Part shown: positions 7,500 to 8,734 of the stretch, in pieces
Numbering within the stretch: the first letter of the stretch is position 1
Layout of the letters: every line of letters starts with the position of its first letter
Origin: Octopus sinensis
Taxonomy: Eukaryota
Length of the DNA stretch: 8,734 bases
Assembly: GCF_006345805.1 (NCBI RefSeq)
Contig: NW_021828360.1
Coordinates: 1-8,734 of the forward strand
Direction of reading: 5' to 3'
Notes under the pieces: generated by a model
Database searches by the model: none
Told to the model about the DNA's origin: nothing
Seen by the model: only the letters and a program-made list of their open reading frames with translations
Position numbers and translations under genes: made by a program

Positions 7500-7605
7500 G
7501 CTTTGGTGGGTCCGAGACACATGCTCTAGGTACCACGCAGTGGAACTGAACCCGGAACCATGTGGCTGGAAAGCAAACTTCTCACCAAGCAGCCATGCCT
7601 GCACC
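7500..7605 (-). mobile_element. SINE family A 5' head fragment, diverged
   Basis: Minus strand GGTGCAGGCATGGCTG...GGGTTCAGTTCCACTGCGTGGTACCT...TCGGACCCACCAAAGC aligns to the family A head with a ~13-nt deletion. Confidence 0.85.
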
Positions 7606-8005
7606 TATTCTCTCTGTCAAACTGAACGCATACATAGCGTATTGGGTAAATAGGGAAGTTATTTGACTACATAACTGAATGTAAACATTTGCCGCCGTAT
7701 TGCGACACTTGTTACTTAACAGCCCTGTAAATATCACTTCCCTGTATTTACTGGTGTGAATGCACGAGTTAGCAACCGGGTGGTAGAAGAGCTTTCAACT
7801 ACATTCACAATGGAATAAAGACGAGATGAAGGAGAGATAGAACGACAATGAGAATTCAGAAATCAAAGACGAAAGCAATTAAATCATTTAACGAAAGTAT
7901 GTCTTCGGTAAATTTTAGAAGAAAGTGCTATGTATTATGCCATTAAAAAAAAAAATGGTTGTTTGATGTCAGACAAGAAGTTCCAGCCCTGACTGTCACA
8001 CCGCT

Positions 8006-8142
8006 TAGGACGTTTGTGCGATGACATAATCCAATAGGACCTTTTCTTCGTTGTCTTTCTAAGATGGCAGAGTGAGATTTGAGACAAGTTGAGTAGCCAC
8101 ATAGAGTCTACCTCAGAATGTATGTCTGTTTGTATGTATGAA
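8006..8142 (+). repeat. Duplicated segment, copy 2 (partner of 3630-3762)
   Basis: See the 3630-3816 feature; homology resumes at ~8434-8457 after the AAG tract and SINE. Confidence 0.93.
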
Positions 8143-8151
8143 AATGACCGT

Positions 8152-8152
<1 letters not shown>

Positions 8153-8182
<30 letters not shown>

Positions 8183-8227
8183 AAGAAGAAGAAGAAGAAG
8201 AAGAAGAAGAAGAAGAAGAAGAAGAAG
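8153..8227. repeat. (AAG)25 perfect microsatellite
   Basis: 75 nt uninterrupted; source of the poly-K, poly-F and poly-S ORFs. Confidence 0.98.
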
Positions 8228-8240
8228 ACACACATATACA

Positions 8241-8430
8241 GGCGCAGGCGTGACTGTGCGGTAAGAAGCTTGCTTCCCAATAACGTGGTTCTGGGTTCAG
8301 TCCCACTGCGTGGCACCTTGGGCAAGTGTCTTCTACTATAGCCTCGGGCCGACCAATGCCTTGTGAGTGGATTTGGTAGACGGAAACTGGAAGAATCCCG
8401 TCGTATATAAATATATATGTGTGTGTGTGT
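8241..8430 (+). mobile_element. SINE family A, 5' half ending in its internal microsatellite
   Basis: GGCGCAGGCGTGACTGTGCGG...GGGTTCAGTCCCACTGCGTGGCACCTTGGGCAAGTG...CCCGTCGTATAT; the 3' half is absent. Confidence 0.92.
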
Positions 8431-8449
8431 ATGCGCACCTATGTGTGTA

Positions 8450-8734
8450 TTGGGTCGCCATAAACAAAGCGGTTTTTTATACTTTTATTTTTCAAAATTA
8501 AGATAAACAAAGTTCTTTTTTAATCTAAAATATACTCTCCTTCATTTTCTTCAATGCTCTTCCAGCAACCTGATAAACTTGCAAGGGCCCTTCTTCCAAA
8601 ATTCACTTATCCGTGACGAAAAATACTCTTCCAGTACTGTTCTGACCTCGTCAACAGAATTCAGATTTTTTCCGTCCAAATGATTTTGAAGACTGCGGGA
8701 TAAATGACAATCAGATAGGGCAATGTCCGGCAAG
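8450..8734 (-). mobile_element. Decayed mariner (Tc1/mariner, DD34D) transposon, 3' end; continues beyond the window
   Basis: TA (8448-8449) followed by TTGGGTCGCCATAAACAAAGCGGTTTT, which resembles mariner TIRs, adjacent to the transposase C-terminus. Confidence 0.88.
8520..8734 (-). pseudogene. Mariner transposase C-terminal fragment, frameshifted
   Basis: PDIALSDCHLSRSLQNHLDGK matches the YSPDLAPSDYHLFRSL motif. A +1 shift after EFWKKG restores LASLSGCWKSIEENEGEYILD* (stop at 8520-8522). Confidence 0.92.

Noticed and set aside
4925-7605. Idea that SINE A 7500-7605 and 4925-5309 are two halves of one SINE split by the ORF1 element
   Set aside because: Both contain the same head region (overlap of ~90 nt) and they differ in sequence, so they are separate copies.
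8241-8315. Possible tRNA gene (A and B boxes)
   Set aside because: It is the tRNA-derived head of SINE A and continues into the SINE body; no convincing cloverleaf.
8113-8438. Poly-K, poly-F and poly-S ORFs
   Set aside because: They are frames of the (AAG)25 tract plus SINE A.

Overview
Eukaryotic, AT-rich, repeat-saturated DNA with no intact gene. The two tRNA-derived SINE families and the microsatellites look like octopus/cephalopod genome sequence; this is recalled, not searched. Contents: 4 copies or fragments of one SINE family (A), about 10 of a second (B, often head-to-tail), a complete 297-bp non-autonomous Helitron, the 3' end of a decayed mariner, and many microsatellites. A GC-rich minus-strand pseudogene encodes a Tx1/L1-ORF1 (ZCCHC3-like) zinc-knuckle protein. 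It can be rebuilt across two frameshifts and a SINE dimer to about 420 aa, has no ORF2 after it, and is joined at its 5' end to a SINE head. The window start has a ~135-bp fold-back next to a minimal hammerhead-ribozyme-like motif, which is either a Penelope-like terminus or a read artefact. Almost all supplied ORFs are spurious. I see no firm evidence of a new biological system. The best leads are the stand-alone ORF1-like element, the hammerhead-like motifs and the self-targeting SINE multimers.
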